From the NCBI GenBank assembly GCA_946965045.2, contig OX337228.1:1984001-2048000 (forward strand): DNA of 64,000 nt, given 5' to 3'. The DNA comes from Epithemia pelagica. Lineage: Eukaryota; Protista; Bacillariophyta. Both the position numbers and the translations under genes were made by a program. The notes beneath the pieces were generated by a model. It ran no database searches. It saw only the letters and a list, made by a program, of their open reading frames with translations, and was not told the DNA's origin. Shown here piece by piece: positions 23,201 through 33,233 of this stretch (positions are counted from its first letter, which is position 1; the number at the start of each line of letters is the position of its first letter).

Positions 23201-26200
23201 AATGGATGATGGGAGGTCAATTCGGCAGTGGACGACGGATGAGGATGATAATAGGCCGTACTTTGTTGCAGTTGTTGTGCCAATTGCAACGTGTGGAGAC
23301 CAGGATAGGTACTGGCGGTTGCTGGTGATGGAGTGAGATAGCCGGGAGCAGCCGCCAAGGTAAAATTCGAGGAGGGGACATTGCTGGGTATACCCAATGG
23401 TGGAGTATTGCCCTCCAAAGTCGCTGGTTGGCTAGAGGAGGGATTCGCGTTGTCATTGCCACTCACTGCACGTTGTTGTTCGGCACCACCACCTCGAATG
23501 GATTCCACCGGAACGGCAGAAACAGTGGTTGTGGTATCACTTGGTCGTCGGATTCGTTTGGCAGCAGGAGTCATGTCCGTTGTCATGTCGTCGGTATCTT
23601 GGTCCGTTGAGACAGCATTTCGTTTGCGACCACCATTAGCAGTGGTAAAGGTGTGGGTTACGCTGGGACAAGGAGAGGATAGTTCCATTCGCAATTGGTC
23701 CAAAGTCTTGGTCAATGGTGTCGTTCCAGTGGCATTATTCGTAGAGGAAGTCGTCTCGATGGGAGCCTTGGATAGTTTCTCGTCCAAGGTTTCCCCCATG
23801 TTTGTTGTGGTGGTACGGGGACCAATCAATCCAATTGAGCTCAGTACCAAAAAGGCCACCATTGGATCCATTTCCTTTGTTTCGGGATCATCTCTGGTTT
23901 CAGTACTATTGTCATTGCTTCCGCTGGTCGCGGCAGTCGAGACGGGTGGTTCTTCTGTTCCAGTAGAAGTACCAGAGGAAGTAGGATTGATCGTTGTTGT
24001 TGTTGCTGCTGATGGTGTTGTTGTTGTTGTACGAAGTTGACGCAGCAGACTTGTATAGGGTACCGATGGAGACCGTTCCTTGTCTTGTGCTTTCTCCTTG
24101 CTGCTAGTCGTTGTATTGGCCGTGTCCCATCCACCAAAGGCGGCCAGTACCCGTTCAATGGCCCTCGTAGCTCGTGGTGTGGCCGCTTGCGAGGGTGACA
24201 AGACCTCCAAGGGTGGGCGGTCCAGTCGATCCTTGGTGGTGAGAGGCAAGGGTGGAAGCGTCGCATCCTCCAACCACGAGGAGGAGGACGATGTGGAATC
24301 GAAGGTCCGTCGTCCTCCTCGTCCCAAGAATGAGTCGGGATGAGGATGTCGAAACCTCCAGGCTTGAGTCTTGTGGTGGTAACTTGTCGTGCTTCCCGGA
24401 GTGATCAGGTGACTGCCAATCCCTCGTGCCACCAAGGCAGCCGTGGCGGCCGACCAGGGTGCTTGTTGTTCTGCCGACGTCGTTGTTGTTGTTGTGGTTG
24501 TGGAGGATGCCGATGAGGTAGCCAGTTGTTCGGCTTGGGGCAACAAGTTCAACAAGGATGTCGAAGAGACAATGGCAGAGGTTCGTCCTCGAGCCACTTT
24601 GGAGGCCGTCCCACCCATTGCCGTCGTAGCAGTAGTAGTGGTGGACCGTTTGGAGGCAGTGATGGCGACCGCGGAGGTCGTTGTCGTTGTGGTTGGCACC
24701 GTGGAAGTAGTAGCAGTACTGGTGGATGGAACGAGAGCGGTGGTGGGTCCCATTGCCCCCAGCAACGGATCCTTGGCTGTGGCAGTTGCCGTGACTGTCG
24801 GGGGCGGAACGGCTGCCGTGTCCGAGGGTTGTGGTTGCTGTAAGACAGCGGCCAAGGATCCAGCCGCGGACAAGGCGGCGGCAGTGGCTGTCGCCGTGAC
24901 TGGAACTGCCGTAGCTGCGTCAGAGGTTGTGTTGGTGGATAAAAATGGCATGGCATCCGTCAAGTGTTCCGGTAGTGGTTGTTCTTGTTGTCGTTCCCGT
25001 CGCAGAGCAATAGCCTTGCGGGTTCGATCCAAAATGACATCGCCCGAAGTGGCGGCCGCATGACTAATGGCTCGATTGCGTTGTCCATTTTCCAACATGG
25101 GACCTCTTCCATTTGAATAGTGTTCCAACAACACGTCGGGAGGAAGAGTGGTGGAATCTTCGGGCAAGAGGACCAAATTCAACCCCGCCGACAAGTACAT
25201 GAGTTGTTCGGCATGATCAATCATATTGGGTGGTAATCCCAAGAGCGAGGTGGCGGCCGAGGGTGTTGTGGTGGTGGTGCCGGAGGTGGAGGGAGTGGTC
25301 GTTTTGTGAGACTGGAGTTGCACATTGAGCTGGGCCGCGTGTTTCTTTTCAACTTCTTTTTCCGCTCGGACTTGTTCCATTTCGTGTTGCAAGCGTTCCA
25401 AGGCTTGTGTAGGATTTTGTTGAATGGGTTGTAGGAGGGCAGTTAAACTGGGTGGAGGTGGGATGAGACAGACTCGGTATTTGCCATAGACGCGCTCGGT
25501 AAAGGCCTTGCGCAACAACCGCGTTTGTTCCAAGGCGGTCTGCAAGCGTTGACGTGCATCGTTCAAACACGTGTCACTGGGACAAATGTAGGGATGATAC
25601 AAATCGGTCAAACTCGTTCGTTCGTGACGAATTTGAGCCACGGCTGCTTCGTGCGCATCCGTCGCCGTTGGAGCAGTGGTTGTTGTGGTTGCTGGTGGTG
25701 CTGCCGCCGTCGCACTGGCATAAGTACTACTAGCCACGGTCAACGGTGGTGGCATGGAGGCCGCATGGACCGTGGAGGGGGTGGTGGTGCTTGCTGCAGC
25801 CGCACCTGTCGTATTCGTGACGGGTACCGTTGTTGTTGTCGTTGTCGTCGAAGGAACCACGACGACTGTACACGTCATGGTCGCTGCGGTGGACGGGACG
25901 GCCGCCGTTGGGGGATTGGGCTTGTCCTTCTTGTGGTCCGCGACAACGACTGTCGTCTTGCTGGGTTGTTCGACGACGGGTGGAGTCAAAACTGCCGTTG
26001 ATTTTGTGGTGACTGTGGAGGTGGTCGTTGGACGGACATTGGAAGTTGTTGCGTTGGAGGATGATGATGATGAAGGCGGCTTCGGCTGGATGGTTGTGGT
26101 AGGCTTTGTCGTCGCAGCAATGGCTGAATCGGCTCTTGTCGTCGTCGTTGTTGGTTGCACCTGCTGGGTGTTGTGAGCAGTGGTGCTACTAATAGGAACA

Positions 26201-26385
26201 ACAACAGCAGGGGCAGTGCTTCCAACCATGGATAAGGTGGTGGTTTTGGTCGTCGTCGTTGCAGTCGTGGTCAAAGATGGTGCTGGCCCAGTTGCAGCTG
26301 CAGGCCTTGTTGTTGTTGCCGTCGTCGTCGAATCTGTGGCTGCTGCCGTCGTTTCCGTAGGAACGACGGGTGGTGGTTCTGTCAT
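20272..26385 (-). CDS. Very large (about 2040 aa) Thr/Pro/Ala/Gln-rich hypothetical protein with several ordered islands
   Basis: Uninterrupted 6.1-kb ORF, ATG at 26385. Non-repetitive segments such as ARQRLQTALEQTRLLRKAFTERVYGKY and RRAHARAMIQKSLKKLQDK, and a basic NLS-like C-terminus. Confidence 0.8.
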   Translation of the reverse strand: MTEPPPVVPTETTAAATDSTTTATTTRPAAATGPAPSLTTTATTTTKTTTLSMVGSTAPAVVVPISSTTAHNTQQVQPTTTTTRADSAIAATTKPTTTIQPKPPSSSSSSNATTSNVRPTTTSTVTTKSTAVLTPPVVEQPSKTTVVVADHKKDKPNPPTAAVPSTAATMTCTVVVVPSTTTTTTTVPVTNTTGAAAASTTTPSTVHAASMPPPLTVASSTYASATAAAPPATTTTTAPTATDAHEAAVAQIRHERTSLTDLYHPYICPSDTCLNDARQRLQTALEQTRLLRKAFTERVYGKYRVCLIPPPPSLTALLQPIQQNPTQALERLQHEMEQVRAEKEVEKKHAAQLNVQLQSHKTTTPSTSGTTTTTPSAATSLLGLPPNMIDHAEQLMYLSAGLNLVLLPEDSTTLPPDVLLEHYSNGRGPMLENGQRNRAISHAAATSGDVILDRTRKAIALRRERQQEQPLPEHLTDAMPFLSTNTTSDAATAVPVTATATAAALSAAGSLAAVLQQPQPSDTAAVPPPTVTATATAKDPLLGAMGPTTALVPSTSTATTSTVPTTTTTTSAVAITASKRSTTTTATTAMGGTASKVARGRTSAIVSSTSLLNLLPQAEQLATSSASSTTTTTTTTSAEQQAPWSAATAALVARGIGSHLITPGSTTSYHHKTQAWRFRHPHPDSFLGRGGRRTFDSTSSSSSWLEDATLPPLPLTTKDRLDRPPLEVLSPSQAATPRATRAIERVLAAFGGWDTANTTTSSKEKAQDKERSPSVPYTSLLRQLRTTTTTPSAATTTTINPTSSGTSTGTEEPPVSTAATSGSNDNSTETRDDPETKEMDPMVAFLVLSSIGLIGPRTTTTNMGETLDEKLSKAPIETTSSTNNATGTTPLTKTLDQLRMELSSPCPSVTHTFTTANGGRKRNAVSTDQDTDDMTTDMTPAAKRIRRPSDTTTTVSAVPVESIRGGGAEQQRAVSGNDNANPSSSQPATLEGNTPPLGIPSNVPSSNFTLAAAPGYLTPSPATASTYPGLHTLQLAQQLQQSTAYYHPHPSSTAELTSHHPFRYNMSSQVPQQQPPQPSEVFVPPPSTTTQVYGGPISQPPPGSIDTGVVQPPLPQQLAFGMARQDQIMAQARARFSQEQQAAAFFAANTNRPYVPQPSTVSALLGNPHYYLSSQQQPQQQQQLAPYSIQTPMMAPTNTPVTQFTQPIHSSFVSAPTTSGVSTTTSIPTIAERQPQEIMEQNTRNTTSQAQRPTEPTTNPLGPPVESRDAKSPDETSNEEKTVLPMVKESNEPRIADQTKTQDEVPKTENKEPSVVSQQAVKKSLATSHDSEKTTQPEKSTLSPESKTLDGPETKPGVQNDSTVTFNAVDKVPPPAKATVSSTTTDVELKFVPPVVPAQLEEREATLIRTGRLHSLLEEGATTMEKLKAAMEYLLAVSAAIPISKTLISLPLKECLNLPGLRTSGATTINRDIVASSILVWLWANHEATFRMAFRNSGRIDADPDCKWWIQSSVDICARDLVHEVAKERSTPSGDGVHAQLAAARKLLATKKQQQQGSGNHVALEKNISILSSRVDIHAAAVVCRSLAKQVSIDNVCDTMLFKYDKCLKYLEEACMVALQAKAQERTLLANLISRKATMTESFSHAYTSAMVRAGEAIGHGKLFEIVQNEQVGISTMIPYDVFTDEETQDWEDPCKPLPACMSLGLTADELTRRAHARAMIQKSLKKLQDKQPILQGGTSWLGAGPYSDPGTVVHPSTSSVGGRARFPPATSPRSTGVKRKSTVHVEPPVPPGTGSAKATSWTVFHPRHFTEPLLWDPTALQVLPYGKHVVSDRPRSSLSNSLIANKRVKKQQHQPVAGVQAFGQPGKPQPTPTETDNNTTTTNTVSDAPPSPPPDDGSQEALFPQSTVEIPWSDVADIFQKVELPKKSRSSSASTSHHHSHGGHHGGESTPLPIDGKIFAPFCRKVQLKDLVEEEEEDGEDDPEEEEEDLSEAAILSRHQAVLDRMKHKLSQYLEERRKQQERRKSRGSTSNKGRS

Positions 26386-26594
26386 GGTGAAAATTCCCAA
26401 AAACTATAGAGATAGAATAAAAGCGGAGGACGAACCCGGATTCGCGATACGAACCCGGACGACGGCCGAGCCGCGCGGGCTATGGATTGGTCGCCGAAAA
26501 AAGATCCACGGCAAACGTGGACACATCACGTGAAATCTTGTGTTGCTGTTCATGTTGTTGTCCTTTTGTTCTTTGAGCATGAATGAATGAATGA

Positions 26595-28436
26595 ATGGCA
26601 AAGACCAATCATCGACGACAAGGAGGACACCTGGGAAAGTGTTTTATTTGGAGAATTGTTGCCTGTTTTGAATTGCTTTCCTCTTCTTCTTCCAGAGCGA
26701 CAACTAGCAGCTGCAGCAGCAGGACGAGGGCCTTGTCATCCTTTCTAGCACCAGCAGTGGGTAATTCTTGGTGTCGTGGTCGTCGATTGCTCTCCAGTCA
26801 TCCTTTCTTCTTTTCTGGTTCGAGATTGGCAAGGAACTACCCCCATTCTCTTGTTGTTTTGTCGTCGTTGTCGTCGTTTTCGACCGAATCCAAATCCACC
26901 AATAACCCAAACAGTCCGAGCAACCACCACCACACTCCAACCACAACCACAACAACCATGGTAAAGAGGAACGACGAAGACAAGACCACAACCAATCATG
27001 AAGAATCGGCGGTCTCCAACAACACGAAACAACAGCAACAACAGCTACAAGATACCGCCAAGGACCAAGCATCGTCATCGTCCAATGTCAATGACATTGC
27101 CCAAGCCTTGCAACAAGTGCATTTGGAGGACGATGCGTCTCCCAAAGCCTCTTACAATAGCCAGGAGGAGGATTCCCCAGTAGTACCCAAGGCCAAGGAC
27201 CAATCCACAACCGTGCCGTCGTCGTCATCGTCATCATCGCCCCTGGTCCATTCACTCCCCAAGACAACTCCGGTACCATTATCATCTTCCCTCCAAACCT
27301 TTGCGTCGTGGATTTCTCAGGGAGACATTTCCAATGTGTTGGTCGTGACAGGAGCAGGGATTTCGGTCTCGGCGGGCATTCCCGATTTTCGAACACCAGG
27401 CACGGGTATGTGACATTACAAGAGAAGGAGAATCGACTCGAAAAAACCTTGTCTTGTGTCGGTCCAAAACTGCCAATCTGTCTCTCATTCGTGCTCCCTC
27501 TATTTGTGATTGCTTTTGGTGTCTTGTGTCTGCTTCATGATGACATTGCGCCTCTCTCCCATACATACCCACATGATGATATCCTAGGATTGTACGACAA
27601 TTTGCAAAAGTACAATTTGCCCTATCCGGAAGCCGTCTTTGATTTGGAATTCTTTACGTCCTACAATCATCAACCTTTTGTCACATTGGCGACTGAATTA
27701 TGGCCGACCGGACAAACCTTTCGGCCCACCATTACCCATTCCTTCCTCACCCTGTTGGCCCGGAAAAACAAGTTGCTTCGTGTGTACAGTCAAAACATTG
27801 ATGGATTGGAGCATTTGGGTACGTTTATATATTGGTGATTACCACGTGACTGGATACACGCGTCTTTCTTGTCAATTCTTTGCTGACGCAGCATCCTGTA
27901 TTCCTTGTGTGTCTGTGTGTTATTTCTCATATACAGCCGAACTTCCCGTGGACAAACTCGTCGAATGCCATGGCCACTTTCGTTCCGCCTCTTGTACACA
28001 ATGCGGCAAACCGGCTCCCGACATGCAAGTCATCCAGAATATAATATTGAAAAAGTCTCAAGTTCCTCGTTGTACCTATTGCAAAACGGGCAAAATCAAG
28101 CCTGACATTGTCTTTTTTGGCGAAGGATTACCCATGAGATTTCATGATTTGTTGCCGCGAGACTTGAAACAGGCCGATTGTTGTCTCGTGCTGGGCACAT
28201 CCTTGCAAGTGGCACCCGTGAGTAACATTCCCGAACAAGTACCGACTCGTTGTCGTCGCATGTTGCTCAATCGGGAATTGGTGGGACCCTTTTCTTCCCG
28301 TTCCTCCAAACGACCCCACGATTTACATCATTTGGGCGATTGCGACGATTCCATCCGATCTCTCGCCCATGCGTTGGGGTGGCGGGACGAATTGGAAGAG
28401 ATGCACCAAAAACTGGGTTCCTCCTCCCCCAAGTAG
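26595..28436 (+). CDS. NAD-dependent deacetylase, class I sirtuin (SIRT2/Hst2-like); exons 26595-27405, 27588-27818, 27937-28436
   Basis: [24 protein letters not shown] after splicing, [16 protein letters not shown], Zn-ribbon [25 protein letters not shown]. The start codon could be a later ATG. Confidence 0.92.
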
Positions 28437-28731
28437 TAGGCGCCTCTCCCCTCTTGTACAATAAACGTGTCGACCACCATTTCACAACAACTACCGTTTA
28501 ATACAATGGCATTGCTGTGCAGTATTTCCTCTATATCTCATGATTGCTATAATATGTATGTATATCTTGCGTTGGTTGGTCCGCCCATGACAGTCCTCCT
28601 CAGAAAGCCGCAAACGGAACGATACGAGAAAGAAGGAAGGGACAAGGTCCTGTCCTGGAGTGCTTGTCCATATTGTGTGTGTGTACGTGTCTGTGTTTGT
28701 CCTACTTTGTAAATATACTGCCATGGACCAA

Positions 28732-29355
28732 TTACAAGTCATCTTCTTCCCCAATCAGTTGCAGATTGGAGGCCCGTGCCGACGGTGCTCGAATTAATCT
28801 AGAACTGGGTGTCCGCGCCGACAGAATTTTTCGTCGCGGTGTCATTTCCGGTTCCAAGTTGCAAAAGGCCGCCTTTTGATCCGCCAACAAATCCGAGGCC
28901 GATTCCGAGAGGGTCCCTATATCATCTCCGGCACCGCCAAAGGTATCAAAGGATGCGCACGAATCATCAAAGGCCAAGGACGATTCCGATGCACCGCCAT
29001 TCTTGTGATTGTCAAAATATTGAGCGCCAAAGGCATGGTGACCCGAGTGTACACTGTCTTGATACTTCCAACTCTTTTCTTCTTCGGCTGTCAGCAGATT
29101 CAAGTGATCTTCAATGCTAATCGTGGTTGGTTGCGTTGTGGAAGGGCTCTGCATATTGTTATTGTTGTTGCTTCCCTTGGTGGGCAATTTGCCTCTTTGT
29201 GATATTGCCAATTCATCCTTCTCGAACGACTTGTTGTTGTTGATGCTGTTATTCAGTGAGTTGACGGACGATGATCCTAAACTTAGGGACGAATGTCTGG
29301 AATCATTCTCCTGACCCGAGATTTGTTCCTTGTTGCTTTCGTCGTTGAGAGCCAT
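28732..29355 (-). CDS. Hypothetical Ser/Asn-rich protein
   Basis: ORF of about 207 aa from ATG 29355, divergent from the syntaxin gene. No recognisable domain. Confidence 0.45.
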   Translation of the reverse strand: MALNDESNKEQISGQENDSRHSSLSLGSSSVNSLNNSINNNKSFEKDELAISQRGKLPTKGSNNNNNMQSPSTTQPTTISIEDHLNLLTAEEEKSWKYQDSVHSGHHAFGAQYFDNHKNGGASESSLAFDDSCASFDTFGGAGDDIGTLSESASDLLADQKAAFCNLEPEMTPRRKILSARTPSSRLIRAPSARASNLQLIGEEDDL

Positions 29356-29923
29356 AATGAAATAATAGTGGCACAATCACAAACGAGTTTCTTGTGGTTG
29401 GAGGCACGACAAGACGCAAGACCGAAGAGAGAAATGGAGAGATGGTTGTCGCTGCAAGAGACAAAAGGACGTCGAGAAAGCCAGTAATTTCAATGTTGCA
29501 AGAAGAGGAATACAATAGCAACCTGTTCGTTCTTTTGAAAAAGGCGGACGACGAAATGGTCACAAGACGCATCGACCCAGACTCCAAAAGACTCTCCCCC
29601 ACGAGGTGTAAAGCAAGACCAAACCTCATCCTAATAGCATATTGATGGCTGGTAGGGCATCTTTTACGGTACAGTTCCACACTATAGTGTTACCATCTCT
29701 AACGGATGATGCGGTCGTGGTGCTCCTGAATGACATATACTAAAAAAGTCGAGCCGTCGAAGAAAGCACATTGGATGGATGGTTGGGACAGTCCATATGC
29801 CCTTTCTTTATCTGGCCACGCCTTCGGTCGCTCCAGGATGGACAAATTAGGGATGAGGATACGGATATATGTGGGGTACATGTCTCCTTTAGAGGTTAGA
29901 GGTCAAACTTTTCTGCGGCGACC

Positions 29924-31305
29924 ATGGCTATTGGACGATCCTTCCACGGTCATACCAGTCAGGACCGAGGCGTAGAATGGAAATGGTGTTGCATGCAAGC
30001 CTTGCGATGGTATGAAATCCAGGATCCTGAAGAAACTGATTTACGACAAGACAGGAAAAAGCGTCCGCGCAAGGATGTCGTCTTGGTCAATTTAGTAGAG
30101 GGACAACGACGACTGCGGCAAACAACTCCCGTGAGTCATGAAAGCAATCAGGACTCGTCCCACCAGAGCGAAGATCCGGACATGTTTTGGAAGACGGCCA
30201 TTCAAGAAATTGAAGACAATATGAATCGAATGATTGCGTGGTTGGGAGAGAAATCTTGGACCTATTCTCTGCCACAAACTTCGGATCAAGAAGCATCTCT
30301 CATCCAATCCACCATTAGCTCCTACACTGTGACCAGCGCCAACGAACTTGAAAATCTGAGACGACACTATCAAACTACCATGATTCCGTCGGCTCCTAAA
30401 ACCAGACCATCACAGCGTCCTCGCCACGCACAACAGCAGCAGCATGACATGGCAGTAATTCAAATCTTGTCGGAGCGTCTCAAAGAACGTGTGGCGGAAC
30501 CCTTTAGCAAACTTCAGAAGCAACGCCATCGTGCTGCTGTTCAATTGTGGCAAAATCCACTGTCTTCCCGATTTGTGCCCACGCTGCGAAGCGCCCATGA
30601 CAACGATGACGACCTCGACAACAAGAGTAATGACGATGACATGGATCGAGTGCTGGGTTTGAGTAACACCAATGATGGTGCTTCCTCGACAATCGATCGA
30701 CGCTTTCTTCCCAGACGCGCCAGGCATGTCTTGAAACATGAACAAGATTTTTTAAATTCATATTCCAACCTACCACCCCGTGCCCCCATGCGACCCCAAA
30801 CGTTCTTATCGGAACGACTCAAACGACCTCGATCCTCTACGCCAACAGCTACCAAAGGTCAAGCAACGGCATCCGGAACGGACATTATTGAGGACGCAGA
30901 AAAGAAGCGCACCCGACTTTCTTTTCAACAGCAACCGCTCCCACCATCCGACACCACAGACCAGTTTCTCTTTGAGTCTGTAGTGAAGGAAGAAGAACTG
31001 CAGCAAGAAGCTGTTGTGTTACAGGCACAACAACAACGACACGAATTGGATGCCGTCCAAAACATGGAATCCACTATGGTACAAATCACGGCGCTCTTGT
31101 CGCAATTTCCGAATTGGTGAGTTCTCAACAAGAAGAGGTCTTGCAGATTCACGATGCGGTGACAACCTCCAAACAAAACATGGAACAGGGCAAGGAGCAA
31201 CTTGCTGATGCGACACAACGCACCGAGCAATCCAAACACTACATGGCGTCGGCCATTACAGCCATGGGCGTGCTACTCCTATTCTTTCATTGGATCCGTC
31301 CCTGA
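29924..31305 (+). CDS. Syntaxin (Qa-SNARE, STX18/Ufe1-like) with an apparent 1-nt frameshift near 31105
   Basis: The SNARE helix DAVQNMESTMVQITALLSQF continues in another frame as LVSSQQEEVLQIHD..NMEQGKEQL..A, followed by a C-terminal TM anchor (MASAITAMGVLLLFFHWI). Confidence 0.75.
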
Positions 31306-31393
31306 CCCCACAAAGCGAATGCTCTAGAAGTATTTTCCCTTATTATTTATAACTTTCAATTCGCTAGCTCTACCTTGGACTTCCTAGAACTTG

Positions 31394-32851
31394 TTAGGAA
31401 ACTGAACCACCCCTCAGCTTGCTAGCTCGCAACGGGTGGACGTTGGCTTGACCGTGCAAGTTGTTGGAGGATGGAGGTTTCTTTTCCAATACCCAATTTC
31501 CCATGAGACAGCAGCAATCCCCTTCCACTTTGATGCTTGCCGTCGAGCTGCGCTTGTAGACCAAGGGCGACGATTTTTCCACACCATCCGTACTGCTACC
31601 ACCCATGCTCAGGGCCATGACAGGGACCACAATTTTGGCATCCACGGCCGCGTCCGTGAGTGGATTCTCTCGTACCTGTTTCAACCCTCCTTCGTCCGCC
31701 ATGAGCGTCATTACGAATCGTTTCGGACGGAAGGTACGAATGACATTGCTGATCAAAGATTTGTACGAACTGACCTTCTGGTTCGTCTCAAACGAAGCGT
31801 AGGACGATCCTGACTCGGGTGTAATGTGAATTGTCGAGTACGAACGAAAGAGAATTGCATTCATGGAGTAACCACAGGGTTCAAAGGCTCGTGAATCAAT
31901 AACAGCCCCAGGACAAAGGGCGTTGATTCCACTCGCGGCAGTCTGTTCCGAGGAAATGCGTTTGGTCTGTTCTTCCTTGCTTTCATCAGGCCTGTTTGTG
32001 TCATACTGGTCATAATAAAATAGTTCGGCAACTTTTTCATGGACATCAAACATCATAATATTCAAGACACGATCCGTGTCAAGTTCCCCTGACGTGCGCA
32101 TGGTATGATCGGCCACAAAGACAAACCAGTGGTCACCCGTGACAGGTCCAAGAGTGTATCCATTTCCATCCAATCGTTCACACAAACCACGATGACTGGA
32201 GAGGTAATCCAGTTCCTGATGAAAGGACTGATGTGGAAAGGATTGATCACCAGGGAAATTGAAGTTTTTCCTTGAATAACCAATCCAATCAATTTCCAAG
32301 CCCAAACGACGGCCAATGTCAATCAAAATGCCGATGCAACGCAAGAGTGTGGTGGTACCACATGTCTTGAGCACCAACATGTACGGGTACACAAAAAGAG
32401 AGGACTCGGACAAGACGTAGGCGTCCAGGTATCGATTGGAGACGCAAGACAGAATGGTGCAACGAGCACGTTCGCAAATTCGATCCAAGTCGCTGCGAGG
32501 AAGTCGACGAAGCCCGACAGGAACCGGAGCGTCGGTAGATGGCGTAACCGCCGTACCTGAGACCTCACCAGGACTGGAGTCCACGTGCTCGTCGTGCACG
32601 CGACGAAATACTACCTCCAAGGTTTTTTCCGGGCCTTCAAATGTCCCCGTATAGTCCCGATCCAACAGATGGCCCGATTCATCATCGGAGGATTGGTGAA
32701 GTTGAGGAGGAGATTCAATACTATTGCTTACGTTGGTACGATCGCCGTTCAAGTGTTTCACAGAAAAGGGATGAGAGGCCTCATTGCTGGAGTTCTTCAC
32801 ACCCACCGACGTTGGTCCGCCATGGCCAAGCTCAGGAGTTGTCAACGTCAT
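31394..32851 (-). CDS. SAMDC: S-adenosylmethionine decarboxylase proenzyme
   Basis: FEGPEKTLEV, autocleavage site DAYVLSE-SSLFV, LKTCGTT, FEPCGYSMN, TIHITPE..SYASFET. ATG at 32851 taken as the start. Confidence 0.95.
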   Translation of the reverse strand: MTLTTPELGHGGPTSVGVKNSSNEASHPFSVKHLNGDRTNVSNSIESPPQLHQSSDDESGHLLDRDYTGTFEGPEKTLEVVFRRVHDEHVDSSPGEVSGTAVTPSTDAPVPVGLRRLPRSDLDRICERARCTILSCVSNRYLDAYVLSESSLFVYPYMLVLKTCGTTTLLRCIGILIDIGRRLGLEIDWIGYSRKNFNFPGDQSFPHQSFHQELDYLSSHRGLCERLDGNGYTLGPVTGDHWFVFVADHTMRTSGELDTDRVLNIMMFDVHEKVAELFYYDQYDTNRPDESKEEQTKRISSEQTAASGINALCPGAVIDSRAFEPCGYSMNAILFRSYSTIHITPESGSSYASFETNQKVSSYKSLISNVIRTFRPKRFVMTLMADEGGLKQVRENPLTDAAVDAKIVVPVMALSMGGSSTDGVEKSSPLVYKRSSTASIKVEGDCCCLMGNWVLEKKPPSSNNLHGQANVHPLRASKLRGGSVS

Positions 32852-32913
32852 GACGATACTCAAGAGAGATGCGCGTTGAAATTGCCGTTGTTGAGAGACA
32901 CAATTAAGGGCTG

Positions 32914-33100
32914 CTAAGATGGGAAACTCTTGGCCCGCCCAGGAACAGCCAAGACGATGGGGACAACAAAAACAACCCGTGGAACAGGCTGTTAGAGCGA
33001 ACGACAGCCGGCCGACAAAACGAAAGGGAAACCAAACAACTAGTGAGAAGGTGAAGGTGAAATCGATATTCATTTTCGTTCCTTGGTCACGTACAAGCAT
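32914..33100 (-). promoter_or_regulatory. Predicted spliced upstream ORF MLPVPRVVFVVPIVLAVPGRAKSFPS* in the AdoMetDC leader (exons 33100-33095 and 32988-32914)
   Basis: ATG CTT is followed by donor GTACGT (33094) and acceptor CTCTAACAG (32989), a 106-nt intron. The joined frame ends TTC CCA TCT TAG, 62 nt before the main ATG. Confidence 0.55.
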
Positions 33101-33214
33101 ACAACGCTTCTAACGGAGCAACTACCAGCCTCCGAAGCTTCGAAGGTGGTAGAGGAAACCTGAAGATCCAACTCTATGCGTTGTAGGAGAGGTTCTGGAG
33201 AAGAGAGGCGATGT

Positions 33215-33233
33215 CCAATGGCCAATGGCCAAT
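33215..33233. promoter_or_regulatory. Three CCAAT boxes at 7-bp spacing upstream of AdoMetDC
   Basis: ccaatggccaatggccaat read directly. Function is inferred only from position. Confidence 0.35.

Noticed and set aside
11221-26533. Many 100-300 aa antisense and off-frame ORFs (Val/Gly/Trp-rich)
   Set aside because: Shadow ORFs produced by ACG/ACC/ACA triplet repeats and GC-rich codons in the real genes on the other strand or frame.
32852-33100. 83-aa N-terminal extension of AdoMetDC from ATG 33100
   Set aside because: The segment is U-rich, contains a good donor/acceptor pair and reads like intron plus UTR. It is better explained as a leader with a spliced uORF.
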